From Oceanispirochaeta sp. (GTDB lineage: Bacteria > Spirochaetota > Spirochaetia > DSM-2461), in NCBI GenBank assembly GCA_963666275.2, contig CAXXOA010000002.1, forward strand, positions 64,001 to 128,000: a DNA stretch of 64,000 nt, written 5' to 3'. This document shows positions 18,447 to 27,077 of this stretch, one piece after another; the first letter of the stretch is position 1, and the number at the start of each line of letters is the position of its first letter. The position numbers and the translations under genes were made by a program. The notes under the pieces were generated by a model. It searched no databases and was not told the DNA's origin. It worked only from the letters and a program-made list of their open reading frames with translations.

Positions 18447-19933
18447 GTGCATATAAATCCCCCGAAACACTCCACAGGGAAGCGGAAGAGCTCCTGAAGG
18501 AACTGAAAGATAAAGAGCTGACAGCCAAATCCCGCCGGGACATTCCCCAGCAGGATATGCCCTCCCAGGATCCGGCGGTCCGCCGGGGCAATATGGAAGA
18601 GGTCGCCCTGGGATACAGCGAAGAGCAGGTGCTTGTGGAGTCCCTGCGCTGTCTCCAGTGCAAAAACGCCCCCTGCATCAAGGGCTGTCCCGTGAGTATT
18701 GATATCCCCGGGTTTATAGACCAGGCGGGAGCGGGAGACTTCAAAGGCGCCATTGCCACCATCAAAGAGAGCAGCATGCTCCCGGCGATCTGCGGACGGG
18801 TCTGCCCCCAGGAAAAGCAGTGCATGGAACAGTGCACCCTGGGCAAGATCCTTAAGGATCCGGAAAAGTCGGTGGCCATCGGCCGGATCGAACGGTTCCT
18901 GGCGGACCGGGAGAGAGAAAACGGCGACAAGCCTGCTGTTCAGATCGCTTCCGAAACAGGGAAAAAAGTGGCCATCATCGGCAGCGGGCCTTCGGGGCTG
19001 ACCGCCGCGGCGGACCTGAGAAAGGCCGGCCACGGGGTCACCATTTTCGAGGCCTTCCACAAACCCGGCGGCGTAACAGTTTACGGAATCCCCGAATTCC
19101 GTCTGCCCAAGGAGATTGTGGACCTGGAGGTTCAGGGCCTCAGGGAGATGGGCGTTGAGATCGAAACCAACTTCCTGGTGGGCCGGACCAGAAAACTGAA
19201 AGACCTGATGGAGAAGGACGGCTATGATGCGGTCTATATCTCCTCGGGAGCGGGACTGCCCAAGTTTATGCACATTGAGGGCGAGAACCTGGTGGGGGTC
19301 TTTTCGGCCAACGAATACCTGACCCGGTCGAACCTGATGAAAGCCTACGATGACAGCAATTCGGAAACCCCCATCTACAAGGGGACCCGTGTGGCCGTTT
19401 TCGGCGGGGGCAATGTGGCCATGGATGCAGCCAGAACAGCGGTCCGTCTGGGAGCCGAAGAGGTTCATATCATCTACCGCCGGACCGAGAAAGAGATGCC
19501 CGCCCGTGTGGAAGAGGTGCATCATGCCCGGGAAGAGGGCTTGATTATTAATATGCTCACCAACCCTGTGCGGATCCTGGGCGATGACGAGGGCCGGGTA
19601 CGGGCCATCGAGTGCCTGAAATACGAACTGGGAGAACCCGACGCTTCGGGCAGAAGGCGTCCTGTGGCCGTTGAAGGTAGTGAGTTCGAGATTCCCGTGG
19701 ATGTGTGCATACCCGCCATCGGAAACGCCTCGAATCCTCTGATCAAACAGACAACCCCGGGGCTGGAGTTTACCGAATGGGGAACTGTCAAGGTCGATGA
19801 AAACCAGAAGACCTCACTGGACATGGTCTATGCGGGGGGAGATATCTCCCAGGGAGCCGCCACGGTCATCCTGGCCATGGGAGACGGACGCAGGGCCGCA
19901 GAGGCTATCAACAGAGCCCTTGTAAATAACTAG
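18443..19933 (+). CDS. nfnB: Electron-bifurcating transhydrogenase large subunit NfnB (GltD-like)
   Basis: RCLQCKNAPCIKGCP, CGRVCPQEKQC, YGIPEFRLPK, GGGNVAMD; translationally coupled to nfnA, with no gltB nearby. Confidence 0.88.
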   Translation: MSAYKSPETLHREAEELLKELKDKELTAKSRRDIPQQDMPSQDPAVRRGNMEEVALGYSEEQVLVESLRCLQCKNAPCIKGCPVSIDIPGFIDQAGAGDFKGAIATIKESSMLPAICGRVCPQEKQCMEQCTLGKILKDPEKSVAIGRIERFLADRERENGDKPAVQIASETGKKVAIIGSGPSGLTAAADLRKAGHGVTIFEAFHKPGGVTVYGIPEFRLPKEIVDLEVQGLREMGVEIETNFLVGRTRKLKDLMEKDGYDAVYISSGAGLPKFMHIEGENLVGVFSANEYLTRSNLMKAYDDSNSETPIYKGTRVAVFGGGNVAMDAARTAVRLGAEEVHIIYRRTEKEMPARVEEVHHAREEGLIINMLTNPVRILGDDEGRVRAIECLKYELGEPDASGRRRPVAVEGSEFEIPVDVCIPAIGNASNPLIKQTTPGLEFTEWGTVKVDENQKTSLDMVYAGGDISQGAATVILAMGDGRRAAEAINRALVNN

Positions 19934-19956
19934 CAAACGCGTTTTTAGAAAACCTT

Positions 19957-19991
19957 ATACCGCCGGACGGATTTCCGGCGGTATTTTTTTT
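19957..19991 (+). terminator. Rho-independent terminator after nfnB
   Basis: 11-bp stem ATACCGCCGGA/TCCGGCGGTAT followed by a T-run. Confidence 0.85.
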
Positions 19992-20016
19992 GCTGCAACA
20001 GTCTTCTATGCTGTTT

Positions 20017-21150
20017 TCAGCCCCAGACTTCCTCAGCAATCTCTTTCACAAGGCGCATCTTTTTCCACTGATCCTCTTCGGTCAGGATATTTCCCTCTTC
20101 GGTAGAGGCAAATCCGCACTGGGGGCTCAGAGAGAGCCGTTCCAGGGGAATGTATTCTGCGGCTTCCCGTATCCGCTTTTTGATTGTCTCCTTGTCTTCC
20201 AGCTGGGGCCGTTTGCTTGTTACCAGTCCGAGTACGACCTTTTTGGAGCTGTCCAGAAAGCGGAGGGGTTCGAAGTTCCCGGACCTTTCGTCGTCAAACT
20301 CCAGAAAATAGGTTTCCACATCTTCCTTCCCGAACAGGCGCTCTCCCACAGGTTCGTACCCGCCTGAAGTGGCATAGGTGGAGTGATAATTCCCCCGGCA
20401 GACATGGGTTGAAACTTTAAGATCCTCTGGCAGATCTTTAAGGGAGTTATTATTCAGTTCCAGATAGAGTTCCTGAATCTGATCCGGGTCAAATCCCGCC
20501 CCGGCCATGAGTTTCCAGAAATCCCTGTCGCAGAGCATACCCCAGGTACAGTCATCCAGTTTGATATCCCGGCAGCCCAGGTCATAGAAAGCCAGAATCG
20601 AATCCCTGAAAGCATTGCATAGATCTTCTATAAAATCCTTCCGCTCCGGGTAGATTTCATTCACCTTATTCTCATTGGCTCCCCGTACCAGTTCCGCATA
20701 AAACTGGGAGGGAGCGGGTATGCTTAACCGTGCGCTGCCGTCCTCTCCGGCTGCCTCTTTCAGAAAGCTGTAATGCTTCAGAAAGGGATGGGCATCGGAA
20801 AAACGGATTTTCCCGTTCAACCGGGCCGAATCATCCCGGGTTTCCTCATCGTGAAACTTATAACCTTCTCCGAAATGGATATGCTCCACCCCTTCAAAGC
20901 CCCAGAAGTAGTCCAGATGCCAGTAGCTCCTCCTGAATTCTCCGTCGCTTACATTTTTATAGCCAAGCTCTTTCTGTCTGGCCACAAGCTTCAGGATCTC
21001 CTCATCTTCCACATGGGTCAGTTCCGCTTCTGTTATCTTTCCATCCGCATAATCCGCCCGGGCTCTGACCAGGGTTTCGGGGCGCAGGAAGCTCCCTACG
21101 TGATCGTAATGGGAATGGACTCCCGATCTGTCTGTATTCTCAACTGCCAT
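20017..21150 (-). CDS. Cobalamin-independent methionine synthase II family, single-barrel (YxjH-like)
   Basis: DHVGSFLRP, SDGEFRR, HVCRGN (Zn-binding HxC), LEFD, SPQCGFAS; 377 aa. Confidence 0.9.
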   Translation of the reverse strand: MAVENTDRSGVHSHYDHVGSFLRPETLVRARADYADGKITEAELTHVEDEEILKLVARQKELGYKNVSDGEFRRSYWHLDYFWGFEGVEHIHFGEGYKFHDEETRDDSARLNGKIRFSDAHPFLKHYSFLKEAAGEDGSARLSIPAPSQFYAELVRGANENKVNEIYPERKDFIEDLCNAFRDSILAFYDLGCRDIKLDDCTWGMLCDRDFWKLMAGAGFDPDQIQELYLELNNNSLKDLPEDLKVSTHVCRGNYHSTYATSGGYEPVGERLFGKEDVETYFLEFDDERSGNFEPLRFLDSSKKVVLGLVTSKRPQLEDKETIKKRIREAAEYIPLERLSLSPQCGFASTEEGNILTEEDQWKKMRLVKEIAEEVWG

Positions 21151-21340
21151 CTGCTCTCTCCTATAAAAGACAGGGGGGGTCTCTATGACTCCGCCGTCTC
21201 TGCTGTGTGATGATAAAAAAGGGAACCTCTCCTATCATTCCTTCTGGTATTTTTATTGTTCCGGTTGTCATACTCCCGGTATAGAAAAGAGCATAGAATA
21301 AATAATAAATTATTAAAAATGATAGTTTCTCATGAATTCA

Positions 21341-21353
21341 TGAATTATATTCA
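21341..21353. promoter_or_regulatory. MetR-box-like LysR site
   Basis: TGAA-TTATA-TTCA matches the TGAA-N5-TTCA MetR consensus and lies between the divergent metE-like gene and metR. Confidence 0.7.
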
Positions 21354-21358
21354 TAGAT

Positions 21359-22258
21359 ATGATTGAAAAAATCCATTTGATGATCCTTTCCGGAGTCCAC
21401 TCCACCGGAACCTTAACAGCTGCCGCCAGTGAGCTCAACCTGACCCAGTCGGCACTTACCCATGCCATAAGAAAGCTCGAAGGACAGATTGGGACTCCCA
21501 TCTGGGAAAAAGAGGGCCGGAAACTGAAACTCACCCGGAGCGGACTGCTCCTCCTCGAACTGGCCGAAACCATACTGCCCCAGATCGAACATGCCGAATC
21601 CCTTCTGAAACAGATAGCCGGGGGCAGAAGAGGAATACTCAGGATCGGCATGGAATGCCATCCCTGTTACCGATGGCTCCAGAACATACTGCCTCCCTTT
21701 CTCCAGGCATGGCCGGATGTGGAAGTGGAACTGAAACAGCAGTTCAACGGGATCAAAGCCCTGATCCGTCAGGACGTGGACATCCTGATAACACCGGATC
21801 CCTTCTTCAGTGAGAGGCTGGAATATTTTTCCGTCTTCAATTACAGGCAGGTTCTGGCAGTATCGGAGAATCATCCGCTGGCAGCAAAGGCTTTTGTACT
21901 GCCGCAGGATCTTACCGAGGAGACACTGTTCTCCTATCCGGTCAGCCTGGACAGACTGACTGTTTTTACAGATTTTCTCAAACCCGCCTCCTGCCGGCCG
22001 GCCCGTATAAAAACAGTAGAGACAACGGAGATTCTGCTTCAGATGGTCGCCGCCGGCAGGGGCGTCACCGCCCTTCCTGATTTCCTGATCGAGGAATATA
22101 AAAAAAAGCTCCCCCTCAGATCTGTAAAACTGGGAAAGACGGGAATCAGCAGGAGCATCTTCATCGGCAGGAAAATCTCGGAAAAACACCCTCTGTATCT
22201 GGATAGTTTCATTGAGATGGCAGAACAGGGTAATGAAATTGAATCAATAAGCGGTTAA
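21359..22258 (+). CDS. metR: LysR-family regulator MetR
   Basis: LTQSALTH HTH, LRIGMECHPCYRWL (MetR-like ECH.C), and divergent position from a methionine synthase gene. Confidence 0.85.
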   Translation: MIEKIHLMILSGVHSTGTLTAAASELNLTQSALTHAIRKLEGQIGTPIWEKEGRKLKLTRSGLLLLELAETILPQIEHAESLLKQIAGGRRGILRIGMECHPCYRWLQNILPPFLQAWPDVEVELKQQFNGIKALIRQDVDILITPDPFFSERLEYFSVFNYRQVLAVSENHPLAAKAFVLPQDLTEETLFSYPVSLDRLTVFTDFLKPASCRPARIKTVETTEILLQMVAAGRGVTALPDFLIEEYKKKLPLRSVKLGKTGISRSIFIGRKISEKHPLYLDSFIEMAEQGNEIESISG

Positions 22259-22263
22259 TATCT

Positions 22264-22302
22264 CTACCAGAAAGCCGACCCGTAGTTCTCCAGAAATATC
22301 AT
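22264..22302 (-). pseudogene. Remnant of a PIN-domain (VapC) toxin with an internal deletion
   Basis: 12-codon ORF MIFLENYGSAFW* overlapping the antitoxin stop (ATGA). It resembles a VapC N-terminus (MIxL-D) joined to a VapC C-terminus (..NY..A-F/V-W*). Confidence 0.55.
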
Positions 22303-22532
22303 TCAGGCAATTTCCCGTTCCAGGACTGATCCCAGTGAATATTTTCCAAACTGACCGAACTGTCCCGTTCGATATCATGAGGTTCAAGCCTGGCAAGCCG
22401 GCTGGTTGTTCCTTCCGGGATAATTTTCAACCGTTTACCATGTCGTTCAATCTCAACGGGTATTCCTGATTCAAGGATGGAATCCAGAACAGCGTAGATA
22501 TTTTTTCGCAAAGCAGTTGCAGAATAAATCAT
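22299..22532 (-). CDS. Phd/YefM-family antitoxin (orphan)
   Basis: SATALRKNIYAVLDSILESGIPVEIERHGKRLKIIP is a Phd/YefM N-terminal pattern. Confidence 0.85.
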   Translation of the reverse strand: MIYSATALRKNIYAVLDSILESGIPVEIERHGKRLKIIPEGTTSRLARLEPHDIERDSSVSLENIHWDQSWNGKLPE

Positions 22533-22564
22533 TTTTTTTCCTTTTCGTCTTCAATTATAAGCCA

Positions 22565-22598
22565 AATGCGTACGTATTAAAATATTCACGTACGCATT
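22565..22598. promoter_or_regulatory. Antitoxin operator-like inverted repeat
   Basis: Perfect 11-bp inverted repeat AATGCGTACGT-N12-ACGTACGCATT upstream of the phd gene; each arm contains the palindrome CGTACG. Confidence 0.65.
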
Positions 22599-22657
22599 AA
22601 AAAGCATCAGGACTCTTTTCTTCTTAAAAGAAGGAGTTCATTATCGGAGCTTTTTAT

Positions 22658-22692
22658 TTGACAAGCAATTGGTACAGTGTTAATGTACCAAT
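22658..22692 (+). promoter_or_regulatory. GRE operon promoter with overlapping palindromic operator
   Basis: TTGACA (22658)-17 bp-TAATGT (22681); inverted repeat ATTGGTACA-N7-TGTACCAAT (22668-22692). Confidence 0.7.
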
Positions 22693-22693
22693 C

Positions 22694-23566
22694 ATGAATA
22701 TCTCCCTTTTTCAGACAGGATGGAACTACTCTCAGGACGGTCCGGGCAACAGAATGATCCTCCACTTTCAGGGGTGCAACTTCGACTGCCCCTGGTGCAG
22801 CAATCCCGAAGGCAGGAACATCAGAGGAAGTCTCTTTGTCCGGAAGGAACTTCTGACCGGAGAGGTCTGTCCCCATGGAGCCATCAGGGATGGTCAGCTG
22901 AACCGCGTTCTCTGCGGAACCTGCGTTCCAAAAGAGTGCCTGAAGGAGAACCGAAATCAGGGAATCCGCTTTTCCGCCTCCTCCGTCCCTCTGGAGGAAA
23001 TTGTCAGAACAGCGGTAGAATCCAAGCCCCTGTTCTACGACGGAGGCGGCGTTACCATCACAGGGGGAGAAGCAACCCTGCAGTTTTCCGCTCTGAAGGA
23101 GCTGCTGACGGCCCTGAAAAGAGAGGGGATTCATACCGCTCTGGAAACCAACGGGAGCCACAAAAAGCTGCCGGAGCTGTTCCCCCTGCTGGATCTTCTG
23201 ATTCTGGATATCAAACACTGGGATAGCAGGATATTTGCCGAGACTGCTGGAGCAGGACCGGGGAGTCTTATGGAAAATCTGATGATTGCCAACAGCTCCC
23301 CTACCCCCATGCTTACAAGGATTACTCTTATTCCGGGATTCAACAACGCCCCTGCAGACATTGAGGGATTCCTCAAGCTCTTCCAGTCACTGCCGAAGCC
23401 GGAGCTATTTCAACTGGAACTGCTGGCCTATCATCAGTACGGAAGAGAGAAATGGGAAGCCATAGGCGAACCCTACAGAGGACCGGATGATTCAATTTCC
23501 GATGAAGAAATGAAAGCGCATAAAACCCTTTTTAAAGAAAAAGGCATTACAATTATAAGTACCTGA
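22694..23566 (+). CDS. Glycyl-radical enzyme activating protein (radical SAM)
   Basis: QDGPGNR...QGCNFDCPWCSNPE (CxxxCxxC), GGVTITGGEA, HTALETNG, DIKH, LIPGFN, YHQYG. ATG 22694 is preferred over the TTG at 22658, which is the -35 box. Confidence 0.92.
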   Translation: MNISLFQTGWNYSQDGPGNRMILHFQGCNFDCPWCSNPEGRNIRGSLFVRKELLTGEVCPHGAIRDGQLNRVLCGTCVPKECLKENRNQGIRFSASSVPLEEIVRTAVESKPLFYDGGGVTITGGEATLQFSALKELLTALKREGIHTALETNGSHKKLPELFPLLDLLILDIKHWDSRIFAETAGAGPGSLMENLMIANSSPTPMLTRITLIPGFNNAPADIEGFLKLFQSLPKPELFQLELLAYHQYGREKWEAIGEPYRGPDDSISDEEMKAHKTLFKEKGITIIST

Positions 23567-23586
23567 AACAGGAATAGAGGTTGAAG

Positions 23587-25971
23587 ATGAAAAACTGGAA
23601 AGACATATATCCCGATGGAGCCCGGGCAGCGGCACTGGCCGATGCGGTATTCCATGAACAGAAACAGACCACCGTCCTGAACGGCTGGTTCAAAGTCCTG
23701 GAGATCCACATGAATGCCATGAAGGAGATCCCCTCTGAGACGGGAGAGGAGATGCTGGCGGCTTTGAAACTGAAGGCTGTGGCGGAAAATCTCCCCCTTG
23801 AGATAAGCGATCACGCGGTTTTTGCGGGGACCCAGAACGACGGTTTTTCGAGCAGTTACGCTCTGATTCACCCTTCCTTCAAAGTAGAGGATTTCAAGGG
23901 ATACTGTGATCCCCTGGCAGTGTTCAATGATCTGGGCGAAGAGGAAGATCTGACCCCGGAAAGGATCAACCGTGTCCGGGATTACTATGCCGGAACAGAC
24001 TATGTGAATGACCTGAATAAGGTTTATGACACCTGCCGGGAGCAGACGGAGGAAGCCCTTTTTTTTGTCGAGCAGGTGACAGGCCACCTTATTCCTGATT
24101 TTTCCCGCATCATACGGGACGGTTCTGAAGCCCTGAAATCTGACCTCCAGAATAAGGCAGAAGCCGAATCAGACGGGGAAAAAGCCGAAACCTACAGGGC
24201 CATGGAGATAACCCTGGAGGCTCTTGAAATTCTGGCTGGTCGATACGGAACAATAGCCCGGAAAAAGGCAGCGGAAAATGCGGAACGCCGGGACGAGTGG
24301 GAGCTCCTGGCAGAGACCCTGGAAAGAGTTCCTTTCCAGGGGGCATCCACCCTGTTTGAAGCGATCCAGGTCTATATACTCTGCTGGCAGGCAATGTGCC
24401 TGGAACAGAGCCCCAACCCCTATGCGTTTTCCGCTGGAAATATAGACAGGCTTTTTGAGCCCTACCGGGCGGCGGACCAGGCGGACCGTGCCGCTGCCTC
24501 CGGCCTGATCCAGGCCCTTCTGGCCTTCTACAATGTGGGAGACAGAAGCTGGGCCATATCCCAGAACATGCTCCTCAGCGGAAAGAGCTTTGTGAACAAA
24601 GACCTGACCAACACCATGACCTATGCCGTTCTGGATGCCTTTTACAGAGGCAGATACCCCCAGCCCATCCTATCGGTAAGGCTCCATGAGAAGTCTCCGG
24701 CAGCCCTTTTCCGGGAAATGGGCCGTTTTTTCTTTACCCCCGGACAGCTGACTCCTTCGCTTTTCAACGATGACTCACTGATCCCTATCCTTATAAATCA
24801 GGGAGTGGCTGCGGAAGATGCGGAAAACTACGCCGTGGCAGGCTGTCAGGAACCCCTTATAATGGGAAAAGACAACGGCAATACAACAAACAGCTGGCTG
24901 AACCTGGCCAAGGTTCTGGAGGTCACCCTCAATGAGGGACACTCTACTATCACAGGAAGAAAACTGGCCTCTTCGCCTCAGGAACTCATGGATGAAGATC
25001 TCAGCGACAGGGACCTTCTGATCCGGATCAGGGAAGTCTACTACAAACAGCTGGACAAGGTGATCGGAGAAATGACAGCCGCCGCTGACGGCTGCTCCCG
25101 GGCTCTCTCCCACCTGAGGGTTCCCTTCCTCTCTACGGCTATGGGCGGTCTCGATTCGGGGATTGATCTCAGGCATCCGGAAAAGCAGGGAACCAGCTAT
25201 AACGGCAGCGGCTGTCTGATACACGGCCTCTCTGTTCTGGCGGACTCCTTTCAGGCCATCAGCGATGTGGCGGACAATAAGTCTGCCGAAGAGTGCTCCT
25301 CCCTGCTGGAGGCCCTGAGACTGAATTTTGAAGACAGAGAAGCCCTGAGGCAGTACCTGCTGAGCAGCCCCAAATACGGCAATTACGTTGAATCCGTTGA
25401 CAATGAGGCTGTTGAGATTGTGGCCAGAGTCTCCGACAGGATCAGGGAACAGAAAAACTACCTGGGCAATCCCTTCCGCCCCGACTGGAGCTCCCCGTCT
25501 ACCCATCTGCTGTATGGTTACTGGACAGGTGCGACACCCGACGGAAGAAAAGCCAGGACCATGCTGGGATACGGCGTGGACCCCCTGTACGGAGAAGCCA
25601 CCGCCGGACTGAACTATAAGATCCTCTCCCTGCGGAAGCTGCCATATAAAAAAATGAGCGGCGGATGTGCCTGCCATCTGGGCATCAATCCCTCCTCATT
25701 TCCCGAGCTGACACTAGAGGACAAGGGTATAGCCTTTGCCAAAAAGATTCTGAATCCCCTGTTCAATCTCTCCGGAGCCAACGGAAGGATCGAACCTTTT
25801 TACCTTTATGTGAATGTAACAACCGCAGACACCCTGAGAAAAGTCCTGGATAAACCGGAAAAGTATGCCCCTTCGGGGGTATATATCATGAGAATCCACG
25901 GTACCTTTGTGAACTTTCTGGATCTATCCCCTGCCATACAGGAGGATATCATCCTGCGGCTGGATAACTAG
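23587..25971 (+). CDS. Glycyl radical enzyme (PFL superfamily), unclassified
   Basis: TGHLIPD, LFEAIQ, GNIDR, QPILSVR, Cys loop AGCQEP, PKYGN, GATPDGR, and a C-terminal Gly loop MRIHGTFVNFLDLSPAIQEDIILR; adjacent to an activase. Confidence 0.85.
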   Translation: MKNWKDIYPDGARAAALADAVFHEQKQTTVLNGWFKVLEIHMNAMKEIPSETGEEMLAALKLKAVAENLPLEISDHAVFAGTQNDGFSSSYALIHPSFKVEDFKGYCDPLAVFNDLGEEEDLTPERINRVRDYYAGTDYVNDLNKVYDTCREQTEEALFFVEQVTGHLIPDFSRIIRDGSEALKSDLQNKAEAESDGEKAETYRAMEITLEALEILAGRYGTIARKKAAENAERRDEWELLAETLERVPFQGASTLFEAIQVYILCWQAMCLEQSPNPYAFSAGNIDRLFEPYRAADQADRAAASGLIQALLAFYNVGDRSWAISQNMLLSGKSFVNKDLTNTMTYAVLDAFYRGRYPQPILSVRLHEKSPAALFREMGRFFFTPGQLTPSLFNDDSLIPILINQGVAAEDAENYAVAGCQEPLIMGKDNGNTTNSWLNLAKVLEVTLNEGHSTITGRKLASSPQELMDEDLSDRDLLIRIREVYYKQLDKVIGEMTAAADGCSRALSHLRVPFLSTAMGGLDSGIDLRHPEKQGTSYNGSGCLIHGLSVLADSFQAISDVADNKSAEECSSLLEALRLNFEDREALRQYLLSSPKYGNYVESVDNEAVEIVARVSDRIREQKNYLGNPFRPDWSSPSTHLLYGYWTGATPDGRKARTMLGYGVDPLYGEATAGLNYKILSLRKLPYKKMSGGCACHLGINPSSFPELTLEDKGIAFAKKILNPLFNLSGANGRIEPFYLYVNVTTADTLRKVLDKPEKYAPSGVYIMRIHGTFVNFLDLSPAIQEDIILRLDN

Positions 25972-25980
25972 AGGTTTGCA

Positions 25981-27036
25981 GTGCCCCTGAAAAACCTGAA
26001 TGACAACTCACTCTATCAGGAAATACTTCTGGATTTCTTCAGAAAGGTCTATGAGGGAGAAATTCAGCCGGATCACCAGTTTCCTCCGGAAAGGAAGCAG
26101 GCAGAGGAGCTTTCCGTCAGCCGGGGAACCGTCCGGAAGGCCCGCCAGCTTCTGGAGGAGGCCGGATACATATCCAACACTCAGGGCCGGGGAGCCGTCT
26201 ATACCCCTCTGAAAGGAAGAGCTCCCGGAAAAATGGAAATCATTGCCGTTGTGGTCCCGGTTCATAATCCTTTTTTTATGGCCTACTACAGAGCCTTTGA
26301 AAGGGAAGCTGAGAAATGCGGGATCCTGGTGGTGATTAAACAGCTGGACCTTGAAAATGCCGCAGGGCTGAAACATGTTCTGTTTTCACTCTTTCTCAAG
26401 GGAATCAGGGATATTGTTTTCTGGCCCTATGACATCCAGCTGGAGGACAGGTATATCGAACGGCTGAGCGGCCTGGGTATGAATTTTCTCTTCTTTGATG
26501 CGGTCAGGAATGACAGATTCTGCGACTATGTGAGCGTTGATAACCGGGATGCCCTGAACAGGCTGTACCAGGCCCTGAAGACCAGAGGGGCAGAACGGAT
26601 TGCCTATCTGGGATGGGACAATCAGATCCTCTCAAGCAACAGAGAGAGAGAAAAATGCTTCCGGAATCTGATGTCCTCAAAAGATATTATCCTAAGACTG
26701 CCCTGGAATCAGGAAACCATCCCGTCAGAGAGTCTGAGCGATCTTGTCCCCCTTCCGGCCTGTATCAGAGAAGACAAAATCGGAGGATTTCTCTGCGGAA
26801 ACGGCCATATCGGCATTCTCCTTAAAAAGTATCTGCGGGAGAACGGATTTGATCGCATCCCTGTTGCCACTGTGGACAACTACCCGGCCTCGGGGGATCT
26901 GGATATAACGGTCTATGAACAGCCCTTCCAGAAAATGGGAGAGTTTTCCTTTCGCAGGCTGAAGGACAGAAGCGAATCTCCTGAACAGTGGATTTCAAAA
27001 ACGACCTTTCTGAAGGGAACTCTTATCGAGAGGTAA
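25981..27036 (+). CDS. GntR wHTH plus LacI-type sensor domain regulator (AraR-like)
   Basis: FPPERKQAEELSVSRGTVRKA...QGRG wHTH, followed by NPFF and DYVSVDN periplasmic-binding-like domain. Confidence 0.88.
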   Translation: MPLKNLNDNSLYQEILLDFFRKVYEGEIQPDHQFPPERKQAEELSVSRGTVRKARQLLEEAGYISNTQGRGAVYTPLKGRAPGKMEIIAVVVPVHNPFFMAYYRAFEREAEKCGILVVIKQLDLENAAGLKHVLFSLFLKGIRDIVFWPYDIQLEDRYIERLSGLGMNFLFFDAVRNDRFCDYVSVDNRDALNRLYQALKTRGAERIAYLGWDNQILSSNREREKCFRNLMSSKDIILRLPWNQETIPSESLSDLVPLPACIREDKIGGFLCGNGHIGILLKKYLRENGFDRIPVATVDNYPASGDLDITVYEQPFQKMGEFSFRRLKDRSESPEQWISKTTFLKGTLIER

Positions 27037-27077
27037 AAAAAATGCTGCCCCGTTACCGGAGCAGCTACATTTAATGC

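Noticed and set aside
18443..19933. Glutamate synthase small subunit (gltD)
   Set aside because: No large subunit is nearby, and the gene is coupled to an NfnA-type gene, which indicates NfnAB.
21170..21215. SAM-I riboswitch (minus strand AGAGACGGCGGAG...GACCC loosely resembles its 5' part)
   Set aside because: The P3/P4 elements (GCAACC, GGTGC, closing GAT) are absent and there is no room for them before the SD.
23587..25971. Pyruvate formate-lyase (pflB)
   Set aside because: It lacks the adjacent Cys-Cys pair and the RVSGY motif.
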